A stretch of 64,000 bases of DNA from positions 128,001-192,000 of the forward strand of contig CBEVQO010000002.1 in assembly GCA_965552055.1 (NCBI GenBank). The letters are read 5' to 3'. This DNA is from an uncultured bacterium. Its GTDB lineage: Bacteria; Hydrothermota; UBA3073; NMUJ01; CBEVQO01. Shown in pieces: positions 49,338 to 59,481 of this stretch. Each line of letters opens with the position of its first letter. Positions within the stretch are counted from its first letter, which is position 1. A model generated the notes under the pieces. It saw only the letters and a list, made by a program, of their open reading frames with translations, was not told where the DNA came from and searched no databases. Position numbers and translations under genes: made by a program.

Positions 49338-52300
49338 TCACCTCCCTTTTAATATTACGATTTTGTCTTTTTTATTGTAATTTCCAGATTCAAATACTAC
49401 AAAGTAAATACCCGCATGTGCAAATTTTAATTTTAATAGATGTTCGCCTGCTTTTAGATTATTAGAATAATTATAAACTAATCTTCCTGCACAATCATAA
49501 ACTTTAATTTTAACTTTATTTTTCCCATTAGTTACAAAAGCTAAATTAATCAAGCCAAAAGCAGGATTTGGATAAATCTTTTTAAGCATTGTTCTTTCAA
49601 TCTTTCTTTCAAGAATTCCAACGAATATTATTCGAGATGAAATTAAAGAAGAGGCAGAATCTATAACATCAGGTTGAGAAAGGACAAAGTCATCTTTACT
49701 TTGTGTTTCTATTCCAAAAGAATTTCCTGTTATAATAGAGTCAAAATTTGCCTTTACATAATACACTTGAGAATCTTTCAATGTTTCTTCGAATACAAAC
49801 TGTGCAATACCTTCTGTAAAGTTCGTTTGTTGCAATAATATTGTGTCTTTGTATAACTTTAATTTTACACATCCTTCTTCTAAATCTCCCAATAGATGGA
49901 ATTTGATACCTTTAAATATTATAGCGTCTCCTTTAATTTTTGCTTTTAGTTTCAATAAAGGAAAGTCTTGTGTTCCTGCGCTAGCTGTATCTAGAGAGAT
50001 ATCTTTTGCGTATATGAATAGAGTATCGGGTAAATCTTTGATTATCCAATAATCTGTTGTTTCTGCAAACTCTTCCACAACATCCGGCTCTTTAACGAAA
50101 ATGAGGTTATGATTCATTAAGAATCTGACTTCTGTGTTAGGCGGACAATTTTCTGCTACATCAAATATTATATCTGCTTTATAAAGTTCTCCCTGTGATA
50201 GAGTGTCTTTAATAATAAATGATGCAAAACTATCAGGCGATGTATCAACCGCTAATATTTCATAAGGTGAAATTATTTTTATTGTTTTAAGAATAGCATT
50301 GCCTTCTATTTTCAGCTTTACACTATCTAATATTATTTCATCTTCGGATACGACAAGAGAACATCTAATTGTTTTCACTTCCTGTTGCCCTTGCACGATT
50401 GTACAGCTGGGTTCCGGAGATAAATATATTTTCAGCGTATCTGAAAAATCTACTATTTTAGCAAATTTCGTTTTGAATGGCAGATTAGACGAAGACATTA
50501 CATCGGGAGAAAATATATCAAAGAACAAGTTATTTTCAAAACCTATGGATATACTGTCTCCTATTTTTGCCAGTGGATTTAATTTTATTTGGATTTCATA
50601 AAATTGAGTATCAGGAGCAGGTTTAATTGTATCAATAAAGTTTAGATTTACAATCGTATCGACAAAGTTTTCTTTTGCAAGTAAAGAGGTATTTTTATAA
50701 AGATAAATACTATCTATGTAATTGCCATATCTTTTTACTTTCACTCCTTTAATGACCGCTGTTCCCATATAGCTTTGTGTAAACATTTTTATCAAGATGG
50801 AAGATGTCTTTTTCTTTTGCAATATTTTATCGGGCATTATATCTACAAATTTTGCAAATACCGTATCAGGACTTACAATTTTCGCAGTATCTGAATGAAT
50901 GGGGAAGTTTGAATCGAGAACGGTGTCAGGTGAAACCAAGGTTATATAGTTTTTAGCAGGAATAGAGAGAGCAATTTGATTTGAAGTTGCGTTTGATGAT
51001 ATGTTAAGAGCAATAAAGTAAGTAACAGTATCTCTTAAGGTATCTTCAGGAATATTGATTATTTGTGGTGATGAGCTGAAAAGTTCTTTTCCAATTAATA
51101 CATCTTCCAATAAATCAAAGATTTTATCACCGTTATCTTTAAAAACAAAAATACTCTCAATATCAGCGGAAGATGCAATTACAGGTCCAACTTTTATGCT
51201 ATCAAGTAAAGCAAAGTCCTCAGGTGTGTATATTTCTAATTCTATAAAAGGAACTTTCTTTTCTCCTTTTCCTGCGGAATCAGGTGCTATACTTTTGCCT
51301 TTCACTATACAAACATCGGGTTTATCTTCTATTATGCATGTGTCGCTTATTGCAGGCAAATTAGTGTCTGCAAGTTCACCCGGATAAATAAAGACAAAGA
51401 AAGATGTACTTTCAATTGCTACATTAAAGAATCTTCCAGGTTTTGCATATTTTGCAAGTTTATATCCAATATAAATATCGGTTAACGAAGTATCAATTTT
51501 GCAAGGAGTAAGTTCAATCCATTGAGTTTGTGAACAGAAAGATGTTTCTGCAAGTACTGTAGTGTTTGTGAATACTTTTATTGAATCAATATCCGAAAGT
51601 TCGTAATTCCCAAAAGTTTTCAGTTTAATTTTTATAAGAAAAGTAGAATCACGATTTGCACTGAGAGAAAGTCGTAATGCAGAGATAAAAGTATCCTGTA
51701 AAGCAGTTGAAGGAGCAAGATTTTGTTTATTTTTTATTTTGACCACGACAGGCGGGACATAAACTTTGAAGGTTAAAATTTTTGTATTATTTTTAGAGTA
51801 TCCATCGGTAAAATTAACTATCACCGAATCTCTGCAAATTCCTGTATCCACTATTGTAGGTGTGTATAAAAATTTGAGAGTAGTATCTTGGTCTACTTCT
51901 AATGATAAATTTGATACAAAACCATTTAAATTGTCGTTAATAAATTGTTCTACATTAATTCCACTTGCGTTATATCTTCCATAATTTTTTATTATCACAA
52001 ATGTAGTGCAAGTTGTATTTATTGCTACACTTTCGGGTGATATCCACATTGTATCTATTCCTGCTTCTGTATCCGCAAGCAATCTGCATAGAGGTATTCT
52101 GAAGTAATAGTTTAGATATCCATCAGATAAGTCTCTATCCCAGGCATTAGCACTTATTCCTTTTTGCCCGCCTATACAGTCAATTGCATCACACACTGAA
52201 TAATTTGCAGTTACATCTTGCGTATTTGGATCACCAGGTCTATTATCATAGGTAGCAAAGGATATAGTTATTGTATCTGTAATGGATAATGCAAGGTCTT

Positions 52301-53561
52301 CAAGTGTTACTTTAGCTTCAACTAAAGTATCCTTGGGATTTATTTTTATGAGATACGATCTGGGTCCTGTATCGGCAGGGGGAGTATACCATTGTGTTCC
52401 ATCATCTGCATATAAATAAAGCTGATAACTACCTGCACCTGTACCCAGCATCATTAAATTTCTTTCCGCAAATTGTTTTGTATCACCAAGAAAAGTATTT
52501 GACCAGCAGCCGTTCCAGTTTAATGCTGTATCTGAGGAAGTGAAATCTTTATCAATTGATAAACATACATTAAAAGTATCAATGCTTATTTCCTTTAATT
52601 TCACAAAAATATAAAGATATTGATCATCTGCTGATAATCTAAGTTCTGTTAAATCGCAAAAAGAAGGGAAAGGAGGGTCTGTCCTACAATCACCTGCCTC
52701 TCCTTTATATATAAATTCTCTTTGAGAAAAAGTTATAGCGTGAATTTGGGAAGGTTTTTTACCTATCCAATCATTTATTCCATCAACTTGTTTAATTGCA
52801 CCTTTTACATCGCCATTTGAATTAAAGATTATATGATAATAGCCGTCAAGAGTGCCGTCGTGAATATCTCTATTCCATGCATTTTTTGACACACCGATTT
52901 TCAAGCTATCTGTTTCGCCGCCAATACAGTCAACAGCATCGCTTCCCCATACATCATAGACAGCATCTGTGTCATTACACCATGCAACACGATTTTGAAA
53001 TGACGCACACCAGAACCACATTTCTTCAGGTAAAGTTACTTCAAGGTCAGACCAGTTTATTTTTGCTTCAACAACGTCATTTGTCGCATCAATTACAATC
53101 TGATAGTCACTACTGGGAGGAGCATACCAAATACCACCGTCCCACATTTCAATATCAGGAGAATTGGAAACAGGACAATGAAAACAAATAATCCTTGTAG
53201 CATTAGCTCCCAGACCTTGAGCAGAAATGTTAGTTTCCGCATCGTCTCCTAACCAGTTCCATGTTCGCCAGATATCTTGACAGTTTACAGCAATACCAAC
53301 ATGTACAGAATCAATTACCCTTATATCTTTCATCTTTATTAAAAAGTAAATATAAGTAGTATCGCCTGTAACTCTTACTTCTACAATATCGTTATCATCT
53401 GTCATTGGATAATCTGTTCTTCTATCGTTTATATCTCCCCTGTAGATCCATTCACCCGCAGAGATATTTACAGCGTGGATTTGTGAAGGCAAAACTCCTA
53501 TCCAGTCAGATGGCTCCCCATCCACAGTTATTGTATGCATTAATAAACACAATATTATCAT
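49338..53561 (-). CDS. large secreted protein: two DOMON-like domains, CARDB/Ig-like repeats, T9SS-type sorting domain
   Basis: TVDGEPSDW / QVDGINDW duplication; IYPNP...VYDCAGRLV...AGIYFV. Confidence 0.7.
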   Translation of the reverse strand: MIILCLLMHTITVDGEPSDWIGVLPSQIHAVNISAGEWIYRGDINDRRTDYPMTDDNDIVEVRVTGDTTYIYFLIKMKDIRVIDSVHVGIAVNCQDIWRTWNWLGDDAETNISAQGLGANATRIICFHCPVSNSPDIEMWDGGIWYAPPSSDYQIVIDATNDVVEAKINWSDLEVTLPEEMWFWCASFQNRVAWCNDTDAVYDVWGSDAVDCIGGETDSLKIGVSKNAWNRDIHDGTLDGYYHIIFNSNGDVKGAIKQVDGINDWIGKKPSQIHAITFSQREFIYKGEAGDCRTDPPFPSFCDLTELRLSADDQYLYIFVKLKEISIDTFNVCLSIDKDFTSSDTALNWNGCWSNTFLGDTKQFAERNLMMLGTGAGSYQLYLYADDGTQWYTPPADTGPRSYLIKINPKDTLVEAKVTLEDLALSITDTITISFATYDNRPGDPNTQDVTANYSVCDAIDCIGGQKGISANAWDRDLSDGYLNYYFRIPLCRLLADTEAGIDTMWISPESVAINTTCTTFVIIKNYGRYNASGINVEQFINDNLNGFVSNLSLEVDQDTTLKFLYTPTIVDTGICRDSVIVNFTDGYSKNNTKILTFKVYVPPVVVKIKNKQNLAPSTALQDTFISALRLSLSANRDSTFLIKIKLKTFGNYELSDIDSIKVFTNTTVLAETSFCSQTQWIELTPCKIDTSLTDIYIGYKLAKYAKPGRFFNVAIESTSFFVFIYPGELADTNLPAISDTCIIEDKPDVCIVKGKSIAPDSAGKGEKKVPFIELEIYTPEDFALLDSIKVGPVIASSADIESIFVFKDNGDKIFDLLEDVLIGKELFSSSPQIINIPEDTLRDTVTYFIALNISSNATSNQIALSIPAKNYITLVSPDTVLDSNFPIHSDTAKIVSPDTVFAKFVDIMPDKILQKKKTSSILIKMFTQSYMGTAVIKGVKVKRYGNYIDSIYLYKNTSLLAKENFVDTIVNLNFIDTIKPAPDTQFYEIQIKLNPLAKIGDSISIGFENNLFFDIFSPDVMSSSNLPFKTKFAKIVDFSDTLKIYLSPEPSCTIVQGQQEVKTIRCSLVVSEDEIILDSVKLKIEGNAILKTIKIISPYEILAVDTSPDSFASFIIKDTLSQGELYKADIIFDVAENCPPNTEVRFLMNHNLIFVKEPDVVEEFAETTDYWIIKDLPDTLFIYAKDISLDTASAGTQDFPLLKLKAKIKGDAIIFKGIKFHLLGDLEEGCVKLKLYKDTILLQQTNFTEGIAQFVFEETLKDSQVYYVKANFDSIITGNSFGIETQSKDDFVLSQPDVIDSASSLISSRIIFVGILERKIERTMLKKIYPNPAFGLINLAFVTNGKNKVKIKVYDCAGRLVYNYSNNLKAGEHLLKLKFAHAGIYFVVFESGNYNKKDKIVILKGR

Positions 53562-53574
53562 AACAACCTCCTTT

Positions 53575-56500
53575 TTATTTTATCTTAATAAACTTATATG
53601 TCCTTCCGTCAATTTTTATAAAATACATACCTGCTTTTAAATTACGGATATAAATTTCTCGCTGACCACGAATATCTAAAATAATCCTTCCAGTTAAGTC
53701 GTAAATTTTAATAACTTCGCCTCCATTTCTTATAATTATTCTATCTATTACAGGATTGGGGTATATCTTTGTAATAGTATTTCTGACTCTCTCTTGCATT
53801 CCTAAAGGTTGAGGATTCCATATAATGAAGCCTTCACCTTGTTTTGCATCTCCGGGGTCAGCATCAAAAAGTTCACCCCAGAAATCACCAGATTGCCCAA
53901 AGAAACAAAGATAATGAGATTTAGTATTGGGCTTGCCTACATTATATCCCTCACCATAAGTTAATGAACTGTCAAATTTTATATACTGGAAGTAAAGAGT
54001 ATCTCCTGATGTTGTTGTACCAATACTATCCACAACGAGCATGGTGCATGCAGGTGCACCTTTTCTAAAAACTCCATAAGGCATAGCAAAATATGTATTG
54101 GTTATAAGTTCATAAAGTTGAATCTGTGCACCTGTATTTATCCTTATGCCATGTACTCCAAAGTTTTCAAAAATGTAATATTTTGCATCGATTTTACCAT
54201 TCACGAAGAAATTATAAAAACCACCGGAATATCCTGTTATTTTTACAGAATCAATATCAGAACCTATAAGTTTTATCTCGCCTGATGGTAAAACGGTTAA
54301 TGTTTCGTTATCAGCAATTTGTAATTCGCTTCCTTCATTTAAATAAAATACTCCAGCAACATAGACATTATTTTTTGCTATGAGCTTTTGTGAATTTGTG
54401 AATAAAGTACCAGATTTAATGTAAATCTTGCTACCTACAGTCAGATCAGTAAGTAAAGAGACAGAACTTGATGTTTTCTCTACTATTAATTCAGGGAACT
54501 CATTCTGTATGCCCGATGAAATTGCAGATGCTTTTGAACCACAAAAAGTTATAACACCTTGCGAGCCTCTGAAAACGCCTTCTCTATCATCCCAGTTGCC
54601 ATACACATAGAGGGTCTCGGATAAATTTACAGTTATTCTTGAAGATTCTGGAGAATATGTTAAAACAGGTAATAATTTTAAATCTCCACAAAAACTTCTT
54701 TCATTCACCACAGGATAATTTGAACAATAAGGCTGGATTAATACGATAGATTGCGAATCTGGTTTTGTGCAAAAACTCCAGTTAGCGTTATCTGTGTAAT
54801 TTTGGGATATTCCACCATACCAAACATGATATCCTTTAAATGAGGTTACTCCTGTATCAGGTATTCCATCACTATCAGCATCGACCTGTATCCAGAAAAC
54901 TGCGTTTATAATACCGGGTGTGCTATCTGCGGGCAAACACTGATTTGAAATAAAGTCACCGGTTGAGTTTTTAATGACACAAAATAGCGCTAAAATAGCG
55001 CCTGTATCTACCCTTCCCAGTCTGCCATAAAGTGACTTCCAATTTATTTTAATCTCCACATCACCGTCAGGAGTGCCTTCAACTTCACAGAGGTCAATCC
55101 ATGCGAAATCCGCAGGATTTTCAATATTGCGCAAACCAACAGTATCAGATAAAGAATAATATCCTACATCACCGGCATTTATAACCCCACAAACAAAATC
55201 GGCACAAAAACCAGGAACCAAAACAGTATCGGGCAAAGCACCCGTGATTGCATCATCAAGTCGCCCGACATTATCCGAGACATCGCCTTTGCCGTCAAAA
55301 CCTGCACCATTTTTGTCGTTCTGAAAATCTTTATCAATGTAAATTAAAAGAGCATTATTATTCACAGAAGTTAAACTTCCTTTTATTCCGATAAATAAAT
55401 CGTGTAAATCCCAGGTGACAAAAAGACTATCTAACTTATCCCCTATCCAGTTTGTTGGAATAAGATTACAAAGTGGAAGAGCTCCCCTTTTCCAATCATC
55501 GCTACTTACGAAAAAGATAGCGCCATCAATTTCTGGAACATCGTAAGTTGAAGAATCACCGGCATCTCTTACAAGTATTTTTGAATTTTCACCTGCCTTC
55601 GGAGGCATATCAGGAATGCCATCGCCGTCTTTATCAATTTCAATCATAACAATTGAATTCATCGTAGTGGGGAAGACCTCTTCAGGTAAAGTAGCATCAC
55701 TTATAGCATCACCCGAAGCATCTTTTATTATCACGAATAGACCTATTTTTGCGTTTTCTTTAACAATGTTTGATACATCGGGATATAAGGAACTCCATGG
55801 AATTTCTGCTTCAAGGTCACCTCCTCCTCTTGCCCTTACCTTACATGCAATCCAGCCGAAATCATTCATCGGAAAAGCATTATCAAGCTTCCGAAGACCA
55901 CAGGTATCATTTACTCCATCACAATCACCTGCATTTTTGCAACCAAGGACAAAATCAGCATAGAAACCTTTTACAGGACATATTGAAGGCTTAAAACCCG
56001 TGATCGACGCATCAAGAGAACCTGTTTCATCACACAAATCAGCATTATCATTAAAACCAAGAGAATCCCATTGCTTAAAATCTACATCAATATAAATGAG
56101 GCAAAAATTATTATGGTCAGTTGTTAAAAAGGCATCAATTCCTATATAAAGGTTTACGGTATCCCATGTAACATAAAGGTTATAAAGTGAGTCATAAGCG
56201 AAAATACCTGTGCCCGAATGCGAATTTGAACAGATGGAGTCGGCTTTTGCCCAATCGTGTTTTGCACGATAAATATAACCGTCAATAAGAGGTCCATTTA
56301 TAGTATCTTTTATGTGATACCAGAATCCTTGGGTGATATATGCAGAATTATCGGCATAATCGGAGCATGTATCATCAAAGGGATTTGCATCGCTAATACC
56401 GGGTTTATTTTCAGCAGGTCTAAAATAACAGACGATAAAAATAGAATCACCAAAAGTAATACCCAATGTATCCATCAAAATACCAATCTCAGCCCAGCCG

Positions 56501-56955
56501 TTTGATACAGATTCAGCATGACGAAGCCCACCCACATCCCGCCATATAGTTCCTGTCCATTTTTTAAGAGAAATTCCTCCAAAGGCATCATTCCCGTAAG
56601 ATATCCATGCAGTTATCCAGAAATCAGGTTTATTCTGCCAGCCAACTTCTGTTGTGGAACACCAGGGGTCTGTACCATTCCCGGATGCAGTACCATTTAC
56701 ATCAATTGCAAACATCCAGTGAGAAGAAAGTCCGTCATCCCAGGGGTCACCTCCGAACTCCCATCCAATATAAATACAGGTGTCATCATGAGTTATCCAG
56801 AGCTTTTTGCAGGCATCATAGGGAAGATTATAAGAGCCCGTACTGTTCGTTAAATCAACATTCTCCCAATCTTCCCACTTATTTGCATCTATCTGGGGAG
56901 TAAAACTAAATAACCGTAAGGGAATAATACAAATTGCCAATCCACACTTCCTCAT
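53575..56955 (-). CDS. large secreted protein with duplicated DOMON-like domains and T9SS-type sorting domain
   Basis: LYVTWD..LYIGI / LFVTWD..LFIGI repeats; IYPNP..IYDLTGR..GMYFI; start MRKCG set from promoter spacing. Confidence 0.7.
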   Translation of the reverse strand: MRKCGLAICIIPLRLFSFTPQIDANKWEDWENVDLTNSTGSYNLPYDACKKLWITHDDTCIYIGWEFGGDPWDDGLSSHWMFAIDVNGTASGNGTDPWCSTTEVGWQNKPDFWITAWISYGNDAFGGISLKKWTGTIWRDVGGLRHAESVSNGWAEIGILMDTLGITFGDSIFIVCYFRPAENKPGISDANPFDDTCSDYADNSAYITQGFWYHIKDTINGPLIDGYIYRAKHDWAKADSICSNSHSGTGIFAYDSLYNLYVTWDTVNLYIGIDAFLTTDHNNFCLIYIDVDFKQWDSLGFNDNADLCDETGSLDASITGFKPSICPVKGFYADFVLGCKNAGDCDGVNDTCGLRKLDNAFPMNDFGWIACKVRARGGGDLEAEIPWSSLYPDVSNIVKENAKIGLFVIIKDASGDAISDATLPEEVFPTTMNSIVMIEIDKDGDGIPDMPPKAGENSKILVRDAGDSSTYDVPEIDGAIFFVSSDDWKRGALPLCNLIPTNWIGDKLDSLFVTWDLHDLFIGIKGSLTSVNNNALLIYIDKDFQNDKNGAGFDGKGDVSDNVGRLDDAITGALPDTVLVPGFCADFVCGVINAGDVGYYSLSDTVGLRNIENPADFAWIDLCEVEGTPDGDVEIKINWKSLYGRLGRVDTGAILALFCVIKNSTGDFISNQCLPADSTPGIINAVFWIQVDADSDGIPDTGVTSFKGYHVWYGGISQNYTDNANWSFCTKPDSQSIVLIQPYCSNYPVVNERSFCGDLKLLPVLTYSPESSRITVNLSETLYVYGNWDDREGVFRGSQGVITFCGSKASAISSGIQNEFPELIVEKTSSSVSLLTDLTVGSKIYIKSGTLFTNSQKLIAKNNVYVAGVFYLNEGSELQIADNETLTVLPSGEIKLIGSDIDSVKITGYSGGFYNFFVNGKIDAKYYIFENFGVHGIRINTGAQIQLYELITNTYFAMPYGVFRKGAPACTMLVVDSIGTTTSGDTLYFQYIKFDSSLTYGEGYNVGKPNTKSHYLCFFGQSGDFWGELFDADPGDAKQGEGFIIWNPQPLGMQERVRNTITKIYPNPVIDRIIIRNGGEVIKIYDLTGRIILDIRGQREIYIRNLKAGMYFIKIDGRTYKFIKIK

Positions 56956-56961
56956 CCACAT

Positions 56962-56989
56962 ATTTTAATCAACTCTCCTCAAATGTCAA
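56962..56989 (-). promoter_or_regulatory. sigma70-like promoter, leaderless
   Basis: TTGACA-N16-TAAAAT-N6-ATG(56955). Confidence 0.65.
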
Positions 56990-57201
56990 CAATAAATTTC
57001 AGTTATTAAAATTTCAGAAACTATTCAAAAAGAATTTCACTGCCAGCACCTATTTCTATGTAATTTTCATCAAATGCCGAACGAAAAACAGAGCGCAACC
57101 CGTAAAATAAACGCCTTCCAATATCTCACAGCAGTTATCAATTTCTACCATCTACATCGGGATTAACTTTCAAAAAGTTAAAAAGCCCCAATTTGCATTT
57201 T

Positions 57202-57366
57202 GCCCCGCCTCCGCTGTCCCCACCTTCCCGATTAAGTCAGCCCACTACTACCCCTTTTTAAATGCAAGCAGAAAATAAAGCGTAAAACACCCAGAGTAAC
57301 CCCCAATCCCGTAATGGGCTGACATATCAACCCATATGTAATGAGCTCGCTACGCTCGCATTAAAA
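57202..57366 (+). repeat. dispersed structured element, family 1, copy 4
   Basis: Ends and arms (57236-57244 / 57315-57323) match copy 3. Confidence 0.92.
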
Positions 57367-57452
57367 TTATTAGCAAAAATCATCAAACACGCCCTTATTA
57401 TAAGCAAAGCATATTAGAAAGCCACAGCGTGGTCAAGGCAGTGCCTTGCTCG

Positions 57453-58235
57453 CTACGCTCGCAATATCTTATCAACAATATTAAGAAATGCTTTCGCAGA
57501 TTCACTATCAGGATGAGAAATGAGAAAAGGTTTACCATCATCTCCGCATTCAACGATTCTCGGGTCAAAAGGAATCTTGCCAAGAAAAGGAACACCAAGC
57601 TCTTTTGACGCTCGCTCGCCGCCTCCCTCTTTAAACAGATTAATCTTCGCACCGCAATTCGGACAGATAAAGCCACTCATATTCTCAATTATCCCGTAAA
57701 TTTTCATTTTTAATTGCCTCGCAAAATTTACAGCTTTACGCGAATCAAGAAGTGCAAGCTCCTGAGGTGTCGTAACGATTATAGCACCGGCATCAGGAAT
57801 TAACTGAGCAACAGAAAGCGGCTCATCACCTGTTCCCGGTGGCGAATCTATTATAAGCCAGTCAAGTTCACCCCATTTCACATCACCAAGAAATTGCTGA
57901 ATCGCCTTCATCTTAAGGGGACCACGCCAGATGACAGGTGTGCTGGAATCCGGTAGCAAAAATGCCATAGAAACGAGTTTCAAATTCGGTAAAACTTCAC
58001 AGGGCAATATCTTTTTATCGGTATCAACAGATAAGAATTTGCCCTCCACACCAAGAATTTTGGCAAGATTCGGACCATGGATATCAACATCAAGAAGCCC
58101 TACATTTAAACCTTTTTGAGCAAAAGCAAGAGAAAGATTGGCAGAAACAGTAGATTTGCCAACACCACCCTTACCACTGAAAACCATAATTTTGTTCTTA
58201 ACCTTCGATAAAGATTTTTGAATTTCATCAGTCAT
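57453..58235 (-). CDS. mrp: Mrp/NBP35 (ApbC) Fe-S cluster carrier ATPase
   Basis: [37 protein letters not shown]. Confidence 0.93.
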   Translation of the reverse strand: MTDEIQKSLSKVKNKIMVFSGKGGVGKSTVSANLSLAFAQKGLNVGLLDVDIHGPNLAKILGVEGKFLSVDTDKKILPCEVLPNLKLVSMAFLLPDSSTPVIWRGPLKMKAIQQFLGDVKWGELDWLIIDSPPGTGDEPLSVAQLIPDAGAIIVTTPQELALLDSRKAVNFARQLKMKIYGIIENMSGFICPNCGAKINLFKEGGGERASKELGVPFLGKIPFDPRIVECGDDGKPFLISHPDSESAKAFLNIVDKILRA

Positions 58236-58582
58236 TTTACAGCTCCCACTGGACAAACCCGTATGCAATTACCACAACCAGTACATAGAGAAGAATTTAT
58301 CACGGCTTTACCTTCAACAACCCTTATAGCACCCGTTGGACAGTTTTGCTCACATATACCACAGCCAGTGCACTTATCGGTATCAACACGGGGAACAGCA
58401 ATTGCTCTACCCATGCCCATCCCTCCGCCTTCTCTCATCATCAAAGTGCCACAGTTAGGACACCTGACAGTAGAACAGGGGATGCCCCTTTGATGAGGCA
58501 CACGCATACCACATGCAGGACAAACACAAAAGCCACCGGGCCCCCTTCCCCAACCTCTTCCTCTGCCAAACCCAAAAGGCAT
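58232..58582 (-). CDS. Cys-rich zinc-ribbon + 2x[4Fe-4S] ferredoxin
   Basis: CVCPACG..HQRGIPC..CPNCG; two CxxCxxCxxxCP motifs. Confidence 0.88.
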   Translation of the reverse strand: MPFGFGRGRGWGRGPGGFCVCPACGMRVPHQRGIPCSTVRCPNCGTLMMREGGGMGMGRAIAVPRVDTDKCTGCGICEQNCPTGAIRVVEGKAVINSSLCTGCGNCIRVCPVGAVK

Positions 58583-58590
58583 AACTCCTC

Positions 58591-58815
58591 CTAAATCTTA
58601 CATGTGCCATCACTGCAAAGAGGACAGGAAGAACCTGAACTCGAACTGGAAGAACCTGAATCCTTCACTCCAACCCTGCACGGAGCACCAAGACGCTTTT
58701 CCACATCTTTACTGCCACAGTCAGGACATTTTATCTCTTCATCGCCTGAACCAACTCCTACAAGCATCTCAAATATCTTATGACACTTTTTACATTCATA
58801 AACATACAACGGCAT
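58591..58815 (-). CDS. FmdB-family zinc ribbon protein
   Basis: MPLYVYECKKC...CPDCGS. Confidence 0.88.
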   Translation of the reverse strand: MPLYVYECKKCHKIFEMLVGVGSGDEEIKCPDCGSKDVEKRLGAPCRVGVKDSGSSSSSSGSSCPLCSDGTCKI

Positions 58816-58816
58816 T

Positions 58817-59410
58817 TTACCCTCCTTTTAGCATCCAGGGACCGGGCAAAACCCTCCAGCCCCACAAATACTCAAGCACACACCAGCCAGTTAAAAACGC
58901 AAAATAATAATACGCCATCTTTTTACTTATAGAATCAGAAAATTTGCCACGCCTCACTAGAATAATTGTAAGCACCAAAAATAAAATGGCAGAAGGATAA
59001 GTAACCCACGATTTCCTCCCCATAGTATCAAATTGAGAAATCATGAAATAATGCAAAAACCATATCGCACCAAAACTGCTAAGAGTAAAATTTGCACCAG
59101 ATGGCAAAAAGCCAAGAAGTGGTAGATAAAAAATTAAAAAGAGAAAAAGAAGGGGCCCCATTTTAATAGAAGCAATATCAAAAAGACCTGTATGCTCCGC
59201 AACTTCACCAACAAAGGCCCATATCAAAATCCCAGAAATTATGCCACAATAATTCCTGACTTTCTCACTCTTTACACTTAAAGATTTGAAAAATAAAAAG
59301 ATACCAGTAAAGAGAAAACACAACCCAAGAATTAAAGGCAAAACACCACCAGCCCTGTAAGCCACAACAAGTCCACCGTAAACACCCACAAACACCCAAA
59401 ACACTATCAC
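58817..59410 (-). CDS. multi-pass membrane protein of unknown function
   Basis: About 6-7 hydrophobic segments; promoter-supported GTG start. Confidence 0.75.
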   Translation of the reverse strand: MIVFWVFVGVYGGLVVAYRAGGVLPLILGLCFLFTGIFLFFKSLSVKSEKVRNYCGIISGILIWAFVGEVAEHTGLFDIASIKMGPLLFLFLIFYLPLLGFLPSGANFTLSSFGAIWFLHYFMISQFDTMGRKSWVTYPSAILFLVLTIILVRRGKFSDSISKKMAYYYFAFLTGWCVLEYLWGWRVLPGPWMLKGG

Positions 59411-59415
59411 TGATA

Positions 59416-59442
59416 ATGATAATCATTTTCAGAATTTGTCAA
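59416..59442 (-). promoter_or_regulatory. sigma70-like promoter, leaderless
   Basis: TTGACA-N15-TATCAT-N5-GTG. Confidence 0.72.
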
Positions 59443-59449
59443 GTTTAGA

Positions 59450-59476
59450 TTGACATTTTCATGAGAAAATTATATT
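59450..59476 (+). promoter_or_regulatory. sigma70-like promoter, leaderless
   Basis: TTGACA-N15-TATATT-N5-ATG(59482). Confidence 0.72.
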
Positions 59477-59481
59477 CGTTG

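Noticed and set aside
57000..57200. Possible gene remnant or sRNA
   Set aside because: Only a ~30-codon ORF with no motif and no clear structure
9327..57366. Family 1 repeats as CRISPR, tRNA or group II intron pieces
   Set aside because: Dispersed, not arrayed; no cloverleaf, domain V motif, cas or RT gene seen
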